A stretch of 60,264 nt of DNA, filler included. It is 3 parts of 3 records of this genome, joined end to end, with 100 filler letters (N's around TTAATTAATTAA, not from the genome) between each part and the next. Parts side by side here need not be neighbours in the genome. Positions count along the whole stretch, not along the records: positions 1 to 21,051 come from DRR723986_11247; 2 more parts are not named here. One strand, 5' to 3'. Position 1 is the stretch's first letter. Each line of letters starts with the position of its first letter. The notes beneath the pieces are model-generated. The model was not told where the DNA came from. It was given only the letters and a program-made list of their open reading frames with translations, and made no database searches. The translations under genes and the position numbers were made by a program. Positions 1 to 8,899 of this stretch are shown here, piece by piece.

Positions 1-61
1 AAAGTAAGCCGCTCACCGCAGGTGAAGGCGAAGCGATCTGATATTTCATGCACAAACCACG

Positions 62-1078
62 TTAGTTGAGTGGCGCAAATTTAAACACACGGCCTTTGCC
101 ACCGGCGCCCTCATTCGCAATATAAATCGTTCCGTTTGCCGAGATACAAATTCCTTCAGGCTGTTTGTGAACTTTTTTGGACAGGCTAACCTGCGAATGA
201 ATTGTACCGTCCGCGCTGAACTCCACCAGCGTTTTACCCCGCGTCGCAACCACATAAAAGTGTCCCGTTTGCGGATGCAGCGCAATTCCAGACGGCATAA
301 ACTCTGAGTTATTCGTATTCTGAGTTAATTCTTGCAGCGGCAAAACAATGCTCAACTCAGCCGGCGCGCTACCCAGTGGAAGCGCTACGCTATAGATTGC
401 ACGACTGTCCTCCAAACCCTGCCCAGGATCTGCTTTGCAAGCCAGCAAGAGCGAATTGGTGCTGGCGTCGTAACACAAACCCTCCACATTCTGGTCAGCT
501 GTTAAACCTGATTTGAAGCTGGTGTGTGTTACTTCGGATTTGTCTTCACCTTCTTTAAATTCATAAATATTGCCGCTATTCGTGGTCATGTAAAACGTAT
601 CGCCATTAATCGCAATTCCCTCAAAATCTGCTTTAACTTTTTTAGGACCCAGGGACCAGGACTTAAGAATGGTGCCGTTCTCAAAGTCGATCTCGTGAAT
701 AGTTCCGACCTCGTCGTTGTGCGCAAACAGCCGGTTATCGTGTGAAACAGTTAAACCGGAAATCTCAGTCAATGATTTCGGAAGTGTTATTCCCGTAGGT
801 TTTTTGTCAGCAAAATCGTAGCGTGGATTAGCCATGTTGTCACTGACTTCCTGTGAATCCGTAGCCCTTATATCCGGGTTGACGTCCAACTCTTTAGACT
901 CCTCAGAGTCACCTGGAATAGAGAGATTGTTAACATCCTGACCGTTGTCAATCTCCTGGTCTGCAGGCGTGTCTCCGGTACCCGCGCAGCCAACCAGCGA
1001 ACTGCCAGACAGAAGACAAACAATTAACAGACTGAAAACCAGTGTTGGCAGAAACTGAATATTTATCGGCTGCTTCAT
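62..1078 (-). CDS. SdiA-regulated (YjiK-like) beta-propeller lipoprotein
   Basis: Lipobox SLVGC; repeated EISGL / DFEGI / NVEGL / MPSGI / QPEGI blades; C-terminal IANEG motif typical of the SdiA-regulated family. Confidence 0.75.
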   Translation of the reverse strand: MKQPINIQFLPTLVFSLLIVCLLSGSSLVGCAGTGDTPADQEIDNGQDVNNLSIPGDSEESKELDVNPDIRATDSQEVSDNMANPRYDFADKKPTGITLPKSLTEISGLTVSHDNRLFAHNDEVGTIHEIDFENGTILKSWSLGPKKVKADFEGIAINGDTFYMTTNSGNIYEFKEGEDKSEVTHTSFKSGLTADQNVEGLCYDASTNSLLLACKADPGQGLEDSRAIYSVALPLGSAPAELSIVLPLQELTQNTNNSEFMPSGIALHPQTGHFYVVATRGKTLVEFSADGTIHSQVSLSKKVHKQPEGICISANGTIYIANEGAGGKGRVFKFAPLN

Positions 1079-1162
1079 GAATCACTCTCCGCAAATCAGT
1101 AGATCAAAATAGAAAATGCCAGGGCGGATGTTAAGTCGAAAACTGGACGCATGCCATCGAAA

Positions 1163-2386
1163 TTACGTGGTGCGTTTTGCCAGAACGGCGATTTTTTTGC
1201 GGCCGACTCCCAGCAGCAGAACCGTTCCAGATTCGCGAGCGTCCGTCAAGGTCAATTTACGGCGAATTTCGTCTGGATTGTCATTAACACGCCGCTTTTT
1301 AATTTCGGTCTGTTTGCCCCATCCAATGGCCTTAAGCTCAGCCTGCAGGCGCTTAAACGTAAAAGCAAAGTTCGAAACTTGCCTAAAAACCGTGTAAAAC
1401 GGACTGGACGGCGGTTGGGAAGTGCTGACGCCAATCACCAGTTCAGGATCGAGCAAATGAATGTGCGCTTCGCTAAAAAACGCAGGCGCTAAACCAGAGG
1501 CGATCAATGCCGGATGTGGCTCCAAAAGATACGCGGCCTCGTCAGCCTGCAAGATAGAAACTTGCGGAGCTTGTGCTGCAGAGGCTTTGGCGGACCAGGA
1601 GATGTTGTGATCAATGAGCTTGACGCTACGATCAGGTAAATCCGTGCCATGCCAGAAGACCAGCTCGCGGCACTCGCGGCCAAATCCAATCCACTCGCGC
1701 GACCAATCATTGGGAATGACCGGCAGGCTGAGCGCCGGAGAGACTTTGATGCCGCCGGGGCCGCTAATCTTGCTGCCGACGTCCATTAGAAAGTCGAGTG
1801 CCGGTTTGTACAGTGCCGGATTCATAATGCGCCGCCCGTGGGAATCACGCCGTGAAGGGTCAGCCCAAAAGCCATCGAATTCAGAGATATTCAGGTCCTT
1901 AACCCGGTCTTCGGCGCGTCCGCCCAGGACTTCGATATTTTTTAGTCCCTGCAGTGCAAAATTGTGCTGCGCAAAAACGGCCAATTCGGGATCGGCCTCA
2001 ATGCTGCGTAGCTGCGTGGCTTTACGCGCCAGCGCGGCGCTGATAAACCCGGCTCCGGTACAAATTTCCAGTACCTTCCGGCAAGTGCCAAACTTGGCAG
2101 CATGTGCGTCGGCAATTCGTGGATGTGTGGATTGTTCCAGGCTGTGTTTGCGCAGCAGCCATTCCAGGCGCGGCATTCCCTGGCTCCATGCTTTGCGGCG
2201 CGCAAGCATGATTTCCAGTCCACGGATGACAGTTTCTCTGTCATAAACAGATTTAAACCGGCGGGCGAGTTGGAGTGATACTGCGCTAAAATCGCCCTCA
2301 TGGAGCGCTAAGAAGGCATCCACCTGGGCTAGAAGTTCGATTCCTTCCGCCGAATGCCAGAAGTCTGCAGAGTGTTTATGTGGCAT
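1163..2386 (-). CDS. Class I SAM-dependent methyltransferase with THUMP-like C-terminal domain
   Basis: LEQST motif, SAM-binding VLEICTGAG, DPSRR motif, KVSP and LLEPHPALI motifs. Confidence 0.75.
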   Translation of the reverse strand: MPHKHSADFWHSAEGIELLAQVDAFLALHEGDFSAVSLQLARRFKSVYDRETVIRGLEIMLARRKAWSQGMPRLEWLLRKHSLEQSTHPRIADAHAAKFGTCRKVLEICTGAGFISAALARKATQLRSIEADPELAVFAQHNFALQGLKNIEVLGGRAEDRVKDLNISEFDGFWADPSRRDSHGRRIMNPALYKPALDFLMDVGSKISGPGGIKVSPALSLPVIPNDWSREWIGFGRECRELVFWHGTDLPDRSVKLIDHNISWSAKASAAQAPQVSILQADEAAYLLEPHPALIASGLAPAFFSEAHIHLLDPELVIGVSTSQPPSSPFYTVFRQVSNFAFTFKRLQAELKAIGWGKQTEIKKRRVNDNPDEIRRKLTLTDARESGTVLLLGVGRKKIAVLAKRTT

Positions 2387-2612
2387 CTTCCGGGGAAAAG
2401 TGCGATATTTGCAGTTTATTTCTCAAAAATTCGTCAACGCCAAAATACAGCAATTTTAGAGCCCCTTGCAAGGAAAGCGCAGCTTTCCTGTTATTCAACA
2501 ATTGCAGGCGCTTTGTATGGCGTTGATTGCCCGGCCAGGAACAACATTTCTGGCGACGTGTTGAACTCCGACCCAGCGGGAATTTTACTCATTATCGAAC
2601 AGGACAGGGCGT

Positions 2613-4217
2613 ATGAAGCCGATTGATGATATTCGTTCTTCACTGGCTGAAATCGGTCTCGAAAATTTGGGTGATATCCACTACAATCTCAATGCAGCGA
2701 ACCTCTACGAACATTCACTTGAATTGGGTGAGGCTGCAATTGCGAAACATGGTGCGTTGATCGTTGATACTGGCCCTATTACAGGCCGTTCAGCGCAAGA
2801 CAAGGCGCTGGTCGAAGAAGCTTCGAGCAAAGACCATGTGTGGTGGGGAGAGGTCAACAAACCTTTCACGCCAGAGAATTACAAAAAACTCAAGCGGCGT
2901 CTGTTTGCTTATCTGCAAAACATGGATGTGTACGTTCAGGACTGTTTTGCAGGTGCTGACGAGAAATACCGCCTGCCGGTTCGGATCGTCAACGAATATG
3001 CATGGCACAACCTGTTTGCGCGTAACATGTTTATTGAAGCAACTCCGGAAGACCTGGATAATCACTCTCCAGAGTTTACCGTTGTTTCGGCTCCGAACTT
3101 CCGCGCCAATCCTGAGGAAGATGGAACACGTTCACCTGTATTCATCATTCTTGACTTTTCCAGCAAACTCGTCATCATTGGTGGCACGGAGTACGCAGGT
3201 GAGATCAAGAAATCGATCTTTACAGTGATGAACTACCTTCTGCCGCTGCGCGACGTATTCCCGATGCACTGTTCTTCGAACCGTGGTGCGGATGGCGATG
3301 TAGCGTTGTTCTTTGGACTTTCCGGTACAGGCAAAACGACACTTTCCGCTGATCCGGAACGCCAGTTGATTGGTGATGACGAACATGGCTGGAGTGACGA
3401 CGGTGTCTTCAACTTCGAAGGCGGCTGTTATGCCAAGGTTATCAACCTTTCGGCAGAGTCCGAGCCGATCATCTATGAAATGACACGCACCTTTGGAACA
3501 ATTCTAGAGAACGTCATTTTTGATCCGGAAACGCGCGAAGTTGACCTGTTTGACTCGACGGTGACGGAAAATACACGCGCTTCATACCCACGCTCGAGCA
3601 TGGATAACCTGGTGGATGAGAACAAGGCCGGTCATCCGGAAAACGTTTTCTTCCTGACGGCGGATGCTTTTGGTGTTATGCCTCCAGTTTCCAAGCTCAC
3701 TCCTGAGCAGGCGATGTACCACTTCCTTTCAGGTTATACAGCCAAAGTTGCTGGTACCGAAGCTGGCGTCAAAGAACCAACGGCAACCTTCTCGACCTGT
3801 TTTGGTGCTCCGTTTATGGTGCATCAGCCGGCCGTGTATGCCAAGCTGCTCCGTGAGCGGATCAACAAGCATAATGCAAACGTTTGGCTCGTAAACACGG
3901 GTTGGACTGGTGGCGAATATGGTGTTGGTAGCCGGATGAAAATCGGTCACACACGTGCCATGCTGCGCGCTGCTCTAACCGGTGCTCTGAATTCGGTTGA
4001 GTTTGAGAACGATCCGTTCTTTAACGTTGCCGTTCCAAAGTCTTGCCCGGATGTTCCCGATGAAGTCCTAAATCCACGTAACACATGGTCGGACAAGGAC
4101 GCATACGACGCTAAGGCACGCCATCTTGCGGAACTGTTTGCCGAGAACTTCAAGCAATTTGAAGACACGGTGGGGCCGGAAGTAACGAACTCATGCAAGC
4201 CGCAGGTTGAGGCCTGA
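2613..4217 (+). CDS. pckA: Phosphoenolpyruvate carboxykinase (ATP)
   Basis: GLSGTGKTTLS P-loop, LIGDDEHGW signature, FNFEGGCYAK, ENTRASYP. Confidence 0.98.
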   Translation: MKPIDDIRSSLAEIGLENLGDIHYNLNAANLYEHSLELGEAAIAKHGALIVDTGPITGRSAQDKALVEEASSKDHVWWGEVNKPFTPENYKKLKRRLFAYLQNMDVYVQDCFAGADEKYRLPVRIVNEYAWHNLFARNMFIEATPEDLDNHSPEFTVVSAPNFRANPEEDGTRSPVFIILDFSSKLVIIGGTEYAGEIKKSIFTVMNYLLPLRDVFPMHCSSNRGADGDVALFFGLSGTGKTTLSADPERQLIGDDEHGWSDDGVFNFEGGCYAKVINLSAESEPIIYEMTRTFGTILENVIFDPETREVDLFDSTVTENTRASYPRSSMDNLVDENKAGHPENVFFLTADAFGVMPPVSKLTPEQAMYHFLSGYTAKVAGTEAGVKEPTATFSTCFGAPFMVHQPAVYAKLLRERINKHNANVWLVNTGWTGGEYGVGSRMKIGHTRAMLRAALTGALNSVEFENDPFFNVAVPKSCPDVPDEVLNPRNTWSDKDAYDAKARHLAELFAENFKQFEDTVGPEVTNSCKPQVEA

Positions 4218-4257
4218 GACTAACATTCTGTTGAGTTCGTGGTTTGATAGATCAATG

Positions 4258-4288
4258 AAGGGGTGAGCAATTGTTCACCCCTTTTTTT
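4258..4288 (+). terminator. Intrinsic terminator after pckA
   Basis: AAGGGGTGAGCAA/TTGTTCACCCCTT stem followed by a T-run. Confidence 0.85.
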
Positions 4289-4352
4289 GTTTCTTGCGGT
4301 CAGCAAAGCCCTTTAAAAGCCCCTTTTGTTAGTTTTTGTGTGAGGAGTAACG

Positions 4353-5534
4353 ATGCCCCGATTCCCAAACTTCTCTGATCGCGTTCAGGACCTGGGTGGT
4401 TCAATCTTTGAGCGGTACGAAACGATAATGCGTTCGCAGGGTGACAACCTTGTTAAAATGCATATTGGTGACACCTACCGGCAACCAGAATACGAATTGG
4501 GGCTGCAGCAATCTTTTAAGGATGAACACCCGCATTTTAACTGTTACCCCAACACCTTCGGCACGCGCGCACTGCGTGAATTGCTGTTGGAAAAGGTGCG
4601 CGAAGACAACTTTGAGTTGGAAGGGGTTGAAAATATCATGGTTAGCAGCGGCGGGACGCATGCGCTTTCGGCTGCAATGATGGCACTGCTGAATCATGGT
4701 GATGAAGTTATCGTACCAACGCCTGCCTGGCCTCTGTACTTTGGGATTGTCAAGCTGGCCGGCGGCAGCATCAAAGAATTGCCGCTGTACACCGGTGGAC
4801 CGGGCGAGAATTTGGGGCAGGACTTTGTAGAGCGTCTTGAAGGATGTATTAACGCACGTACAGTCGCGATTTATGTCAATACACCCAACAATCCCAGCGG
4901 TCAACAACTAAGTGCTGCGCAGCTGGCGGAAGTTGTACGTTTTGCCGAGCGCCACAATCTCTGGATCATTGCTGACGAAGCCTATGATGGCCTGGTATAT
5001 GATGGCGCCGCCTCACCGTCGATCGCCTCACTGCCGGGTGCAGCCGAGCGCACCCTGACCGTGTTCACATTTTCTAAATTGTTCATGTTTGCCGGCATTC
5101 GGCTGGGATATTTAACGGGCCCGGCAGATGCGATTAACAAGGCCAACGCAGCATTGGTGCATCAGATTTACAGTGCGCAGATGCCAGGGCAGCTACTGCT
5201 GGAAACTGCGGTTAAGACCAGGCACGAATGGAAGCCGCGTGTTGTTAACAACTTCCGTGCTGCGCGTGATCACTTCATGCAGCATTGCCCGATTGGCATC
5301 ACTGCACCCGCAGGTGGTTACTTTGCATTCTTTTCGATTGAAGACTATTTGGATGGCAGAGACTACTGGGATGTTATTGAGGCCTGTATTAACAACGGCG
5401 TGGCATTAGCGCCGGGAATCAACTTTGGACAGGACTATGCAAACTGGGTGCGCCTTTGTTTTACCGGTGAGTCACTTGAGCGTTTAAGTTTAGGATTAAA
5501 AAGATTTGGTGAAGTACTCTTGCAGAACCGTTAA
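4353..5534 (+). CDS. PLP-dependent aminotransferase, class I/II
   Basis: NTPNNPSG, IADEAYD, TFSKLFMFAGIRLGY (PLP lysine) motifs; GAGGAG RBS upstream. Confidence 0.93.
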   Translation: MPRFPNFSDRVQDLGGSIFERYETIMRSQGDNLVKMHIGDTYRQPEYELGLQQSFKDEHPHFNCYPNTFGTRALRELLLEKVREDNFELEGVENIMVSSGGTHALSAAMMALLNHGDEVIVPTPAWPLYFGIVKLAGGSIKELPLYTGGPGENLGQDFVERLEGCINARTVAIYVNTPNNPSGQQLSAAQLAEVVRFAERHNLWIIADEAYDGLVYDGAASPSIASLPGAAERTLTVFTFSKLFMFAGIRLGYLTGPADAINKANAALVHQIYSAQMPGQLLLETAVKTRHEWKPRVVNNFRAARDHFMQHCPIGITAPAGGYFAFFSIEDYLDGRDYWDVIEACINNGVALAPGINFGQDYANWVRLCFTGESLERLSLGLKRFGEVLLQNR

Positions 5535-7075
5535 ACAATCGTGCCTTGTTTTTTGAGGCGCTCGAGTGTACGCAAAATGTTAACCCACAGGTCATCCAGT
5601 GGAATAATCTCAAGCGTATCGAGGGCCGATTGTTCCTGATTGTCGGACGGTGTTAACTTATCGTAATAGCGTTTACCGGCTTCGCGCACAGCCACCGGAT
5701 CAAAATTCTTTTTCTCCATGATTAACAGCAGTTTCATGAAGCAGTAGCTGCGATGGTATTCCGGTCGTCTAAGATAACGTCCGATATAGCGTTTAATCGA
5801 TTCGATCCGATCGATGATGCCATCGATATTGCCCCATTCAAGCAAGAACAGGACTTGCACGATAATGATCGAGACATAAAAGCCGCGTTTGTCTTTGGAG
5901 TAGGTTGGCAGTTCACGCACGAATACATCGAGGTCTGCAGTTGTGCGAATTGTGGTTTCATCTTCGAGTTCCTTTTGCCTGCCGGCATGCAGCATTGCAT
6001 AGTCAATGTAGGCTTTGTAGATTCGCCATTTTTCTTTGTCATGGTGACTTTTGTGTTGTATTCTCCTAGAGTTTAATGCACGGCTATGCAATTCGAAGGC
6101 ATCTTCGAGTTTGTTCTTTTGGATACATAGGAGTAGATACATTTCAAGATACTTGAACCATTGTTCTGTCTCAGATTTGCACAAAGATCTCATTTTCTCA
6201 GCGTACAGCTTGCCATTTTCGAAGTCTCTAAGGTGAGTTGCGGAATACAGCCGATCAACGGCTGTGCGAAGGTGTAACTGCCGTCTGTAGAATTTTTTGT
6301 TAGACTCTAAAAATTTCTCGAACTCATCGCAAACCGCTATTGTTTCATTGAATTTTTTCTGCAGCTGCAAATGGAAGGACTGAAGTAAGAAGTGAAATTT
6401 GTGCAAAACGAAGCGATTGTACTTGCTTCTCCACTCATTTACTTGTGTGATATGTCCAGCTAGTTTTTTTATAATACTTGCCTCTCTTGCACCAGTCTTT
6501 TGAAGTTCTGAAGAGATTTCGTCAAACAAATTCTCAGCATGAACTTCACAAGCGTAGACATCAAGAAGCGTTATCAGATCACTAGAGTACTTTTTGTATT
6601 CCTTGCTATCCCCATGGGTGCTGACAAATCTTTTAAGTTGCCTCGTTTCGAATATTTCCACCTCTGTCATTTGAACCTCGCGAGCTCTTGCAAGGTTTTT
6701 CTTGCTCAGTTCAGCTCCAGCATGTGACGCTCCATATTTGTACAATAGCGAAGCTTGGATTTGAGTTTTGGCGGCCTCATAGTGTACTTCACCTATCTGC
6801 GTGGTAATCGGTGGGTGCATGTCCATCAAAAAGAGACTATTTAGTAAGCGCTTCCTTACCCTAGATTTCAACATTTGATAGCGCTTGTCAGAAGGTGTAG
6901 AGTCATAGAGATCGGCCGCAGCATCCTCGTCACTCATGTATGAGCCATTCTCCATATTTCGAAAAAACTTTGCGTACTGGCTCGTATCGTCTTCGATAGT
7001 GTCCGGGTGGAATATCTCGAGTGATTTGGTTTGCCTCGCGCGGAGCAAGTGTACTATTTCCCGTAAGTTTTTCAT
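5531..7075 (-). CDS. Uncharacterised 514-aa all-helical protein; putative N-terminal HTH plus TPR-like body (possible regulator)
   Basis: Long ORF with no signal peptide or TM segments; DEDAAADLY...YQMLKSRVRKRL resembles a winged-HTH recognition region; amphipathic helical remainder. Confidence 0.6.
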   Translation of the reverse strand: MKNLREIVHLLRARQTKSLEIFHPDTIEDDTSQYAKFFRNMENGSYMSDEDAAADLYDSTPSDKRYQMLKSRVRKRLLNSLFLMDMHPPITTQIGEVHYEAAKTQIQASLLYKYGASHAGAELSKKNLARAREVQMTEVEIFETRQLKRFVSTHGDSKEYKKYSSDLITLLDVYACEVHAENLFDEISSELQKTGAREASIIKKLAGHITQVNEWRSKYNRFVLHKFHFLLQSFHLQLQKKFNETIAVCDEFEKFLESNKKFYRRQLHLRTAVDRLYSATHLRDFENGKLYAEKMRSLCKSETEQWFKYLEMYLLLCIQKNKLEDAFELHSRALNSRRIQHKSHHDKEKWRIYKAYIDYAMLHAGRQKELEDETTIRTTADLDVFVRELPTYSKDKRGFYVSIIIVQVLFLLEWGNIDGIIDRIESIKRYIGRYLRRPEYHRSYCFMKLLLIMEKKNFDPVAVREAGKRYYDKLTPSDNQEQSALDTLEIIPLDDLWVNILRTLERLKKQGTIV

Positions 7076-7258
7076 CGAATCTTTGAAAGCCTCTAAAGAT
7101 CTATCAAGTTTTTACGCCATGAGCCAAAAAAGCACCAGGCTTTGGGTTCTCCAGCCTTCAGGAAGGCTATAAGATTACAAAAAACAACAAAAAAATGCAG
7201 TAGGCAATGTTACTGGCGGTCCTTTTTTTGACAAGGAAAAGTAGTTGGGATTACCATA

Positions 7259-7393
7259 TAGTGCCATTTCTTTCGTGAAGTCTTTAGATATTTGCTTTAT
7301 CATGTGCCGTTTTTAGCCATTTTAGGGCTGTTTCGTGTGTTACTGGGGGCGTATTAGTGCCTCTTTTATTCGTGAAGTTCACGGTATATTTGC
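7259..7393 (+). promoter_or_regulatory. Duplicated promoter/operator module with Bacteroidota-type -7 element
   Basis: TAGTGCC-N-TTCGTGAAGT-N6/7-ATATTTGC occurs at 7259 and 7355; the second copy contains TATATTTG (TAnnTTTG) at 7385-7392. Confidence 0.55.
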
Positions 7394-7434
7394 CACTGTA
7401 ATTGATTGTAAACTTTCTATCAGGAGCACACACG

Positions 7435-7641
7435 ATGGAAGCAATCTTGGCAATTATGCTGTATCTGGTTTTGATCATCAGCCCAGGGACTTATTACCAG
7501 TCCGAAATCGATGACATTTACGATGTCAACGCAACGCAAATCAATGCGGTCCAAAACGATGCAACTTTGAACCCAACGGTGCAAGCCACTTACGGTTCTC
7601 AAGTTGAATTCGTAACAATCTTGGAAGAGATCGATGACTAA
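7435..7641 (+). CDS. Small secreted or membrane-anchored protein (68 aa), unknown function
   Basis: AGGAG RBS before ATG 7435; hydrophobic N-terminus MEAILAIMLYLVLII then an acidic tail; has its own promoter and terminator. Confidence 0.75.
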   Translation: MEAILAIMLYLVLIISPGTYYQSEIDDIYDVNATQINAVQNDATLNPTVQATYGSQVEFVTILEEIDD

Positions 7642-7675
7642 GACCGCAGATATGAAGTAAACAAGTCGTAAAACC

Positions 7676-7709
7676 AGAAAGGCCGGAGGAAACTCCGGCC
7701 TTTCTTTTT
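7676..7709 (+). terminator. Intrinsic terminator after the small peptide gene
   Basis: AGAAAGGCCGGAG-GAAA-CTCCGGCCTTTCT followed by TTTT. Confidence 0.9.
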
Positions 7710-7978
7710 CGCGAATGAGCGGCGAACTGCTCAACTGCCTTATTTACACTGCCACAATCGTTTTTGGTGCCAAAGTGCCAAACGATTTGTATATTATATC
7801 TGATTCTTCCGAGCAAACACAACTCATCTGTCTCGCCAAAGCCCATTCAGTGCGGGACCGTTGAGATGCAACTCATTTGGGCCAGTCGGTATTATCACGG
7901 GTAAGTGTCACGGTCTTTTATGATCTGTGGCGACTTCTCTACCGGCTAAAAGCGTAAACCGAGATTAGGGAGGATCCC

Positions 7979-8404
7979 ATGCACACGGATTATTCAGGCC
8001 TTATTAGCGAGTCCAGCAAAAACCTGATTGCGCTGGAACGCAAACTGCGCGGACAGAAGGCGGCCGTGCGAGTGCAAATGCTACGTCTTCTAAAGTCAGG
8101 TAAAGTCGCAAACATGGAAGAATGCGCCTTCCTGATTGGATATTCACCGCGTACTGCCAAACGCTGGTGGAAAACGTACAAAGATGGTGGCATCAATGAA
8201 TTGGTGCGTGAAGCCAAATACAAAGGCAAGTCATCGCAACTAAGCAATGACATGGCTGAGAGTGTACGTAGAGCTATCATGACCGGTGAAATTCAAACGC
8301 TGGAAAATGCCAGATCTTATCTAAAGAGTCATCACGGCGTGGAATACCAAAGCGTCAATGGTGTCTGGCACATCCTTAAACGTCATAACATTAAACTTCG
8401 TTAA
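7979..8404 (+). CDS. Stand-alone HTH protein resembling the DNA-binding half of IS630-family transposases
   Basis: VQMLRLLK...IGYSPRTAKRWWKTYKDGG HTH plus second winged HTH (YLKSHHGVEY..GVWHILKRH); AGGGAGG RBS; no DDE domain follows. Confidence 0.7.
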   Translation: MHTDYSGLISESSKNLIALERKLRGQKAAVRVQMLRLLKSGKVANMEECAFLIGYSPRTAKRWWKTYKDGGINELVREAKYKGKSSQLSNDMAESVRRAIMTGEIQTLENARSYLKSHHGVEYQSVNGVWHILKRHNIKLR

Positions 8405-8899
8405 TCGGCAAGCCGGAACTGTTTACGGTAATCGCAGCGTTTCAGGTAAAAACGCAAGCGGATCGTGACTTTTTCGGCTTCCGTGCATTATTGCATTCTG
8501 TGTAGGCCAACGGTCCGCAACATTATCGGCAAAACTATTTCGTCGATAGCTGGCGTTCCGGAAGGCACATTAAAGCTGAAGGGGAGTTTGCCGCCTGGAT
8601 TCGGAATACCCCGCAGCTCTCAGGTCGAAAATGTTTCTCGCTTCCAACACGCAAATATATACACGCGGTTGCGAGCCCGCTCAAAAGGTTTAGTCTGCAC
8701 TCAGGTTCTGATTTCGCTTATCATACAGGCAAATCAAGCTACAACTACCCGAGTCCGACACTTTTGTCTGCTCGTCTTTACTCATGTATTCGGCGCAACT
8801 CAAAGCATGTCAAACGCTACACTACGGAGAGGTTCTCCACGAGTTGCAGGCCCACAAAAATTCTGTACAGTATTCGCAAAGCAGATGGAGACTCGGACA

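Noticed and set aside
1614-2246. 210-aa ORF and similar antisense or alternate-frame ORFs across the window
   Set aside because: They are shadows of well-supported genes and carry no motifs of their own.
8465-8899. 145-aa N-terminal extension of the metalloprotease
   Set aside because: Sequence is not protein-like; the RBS and signal peptide point to ATG 8900.
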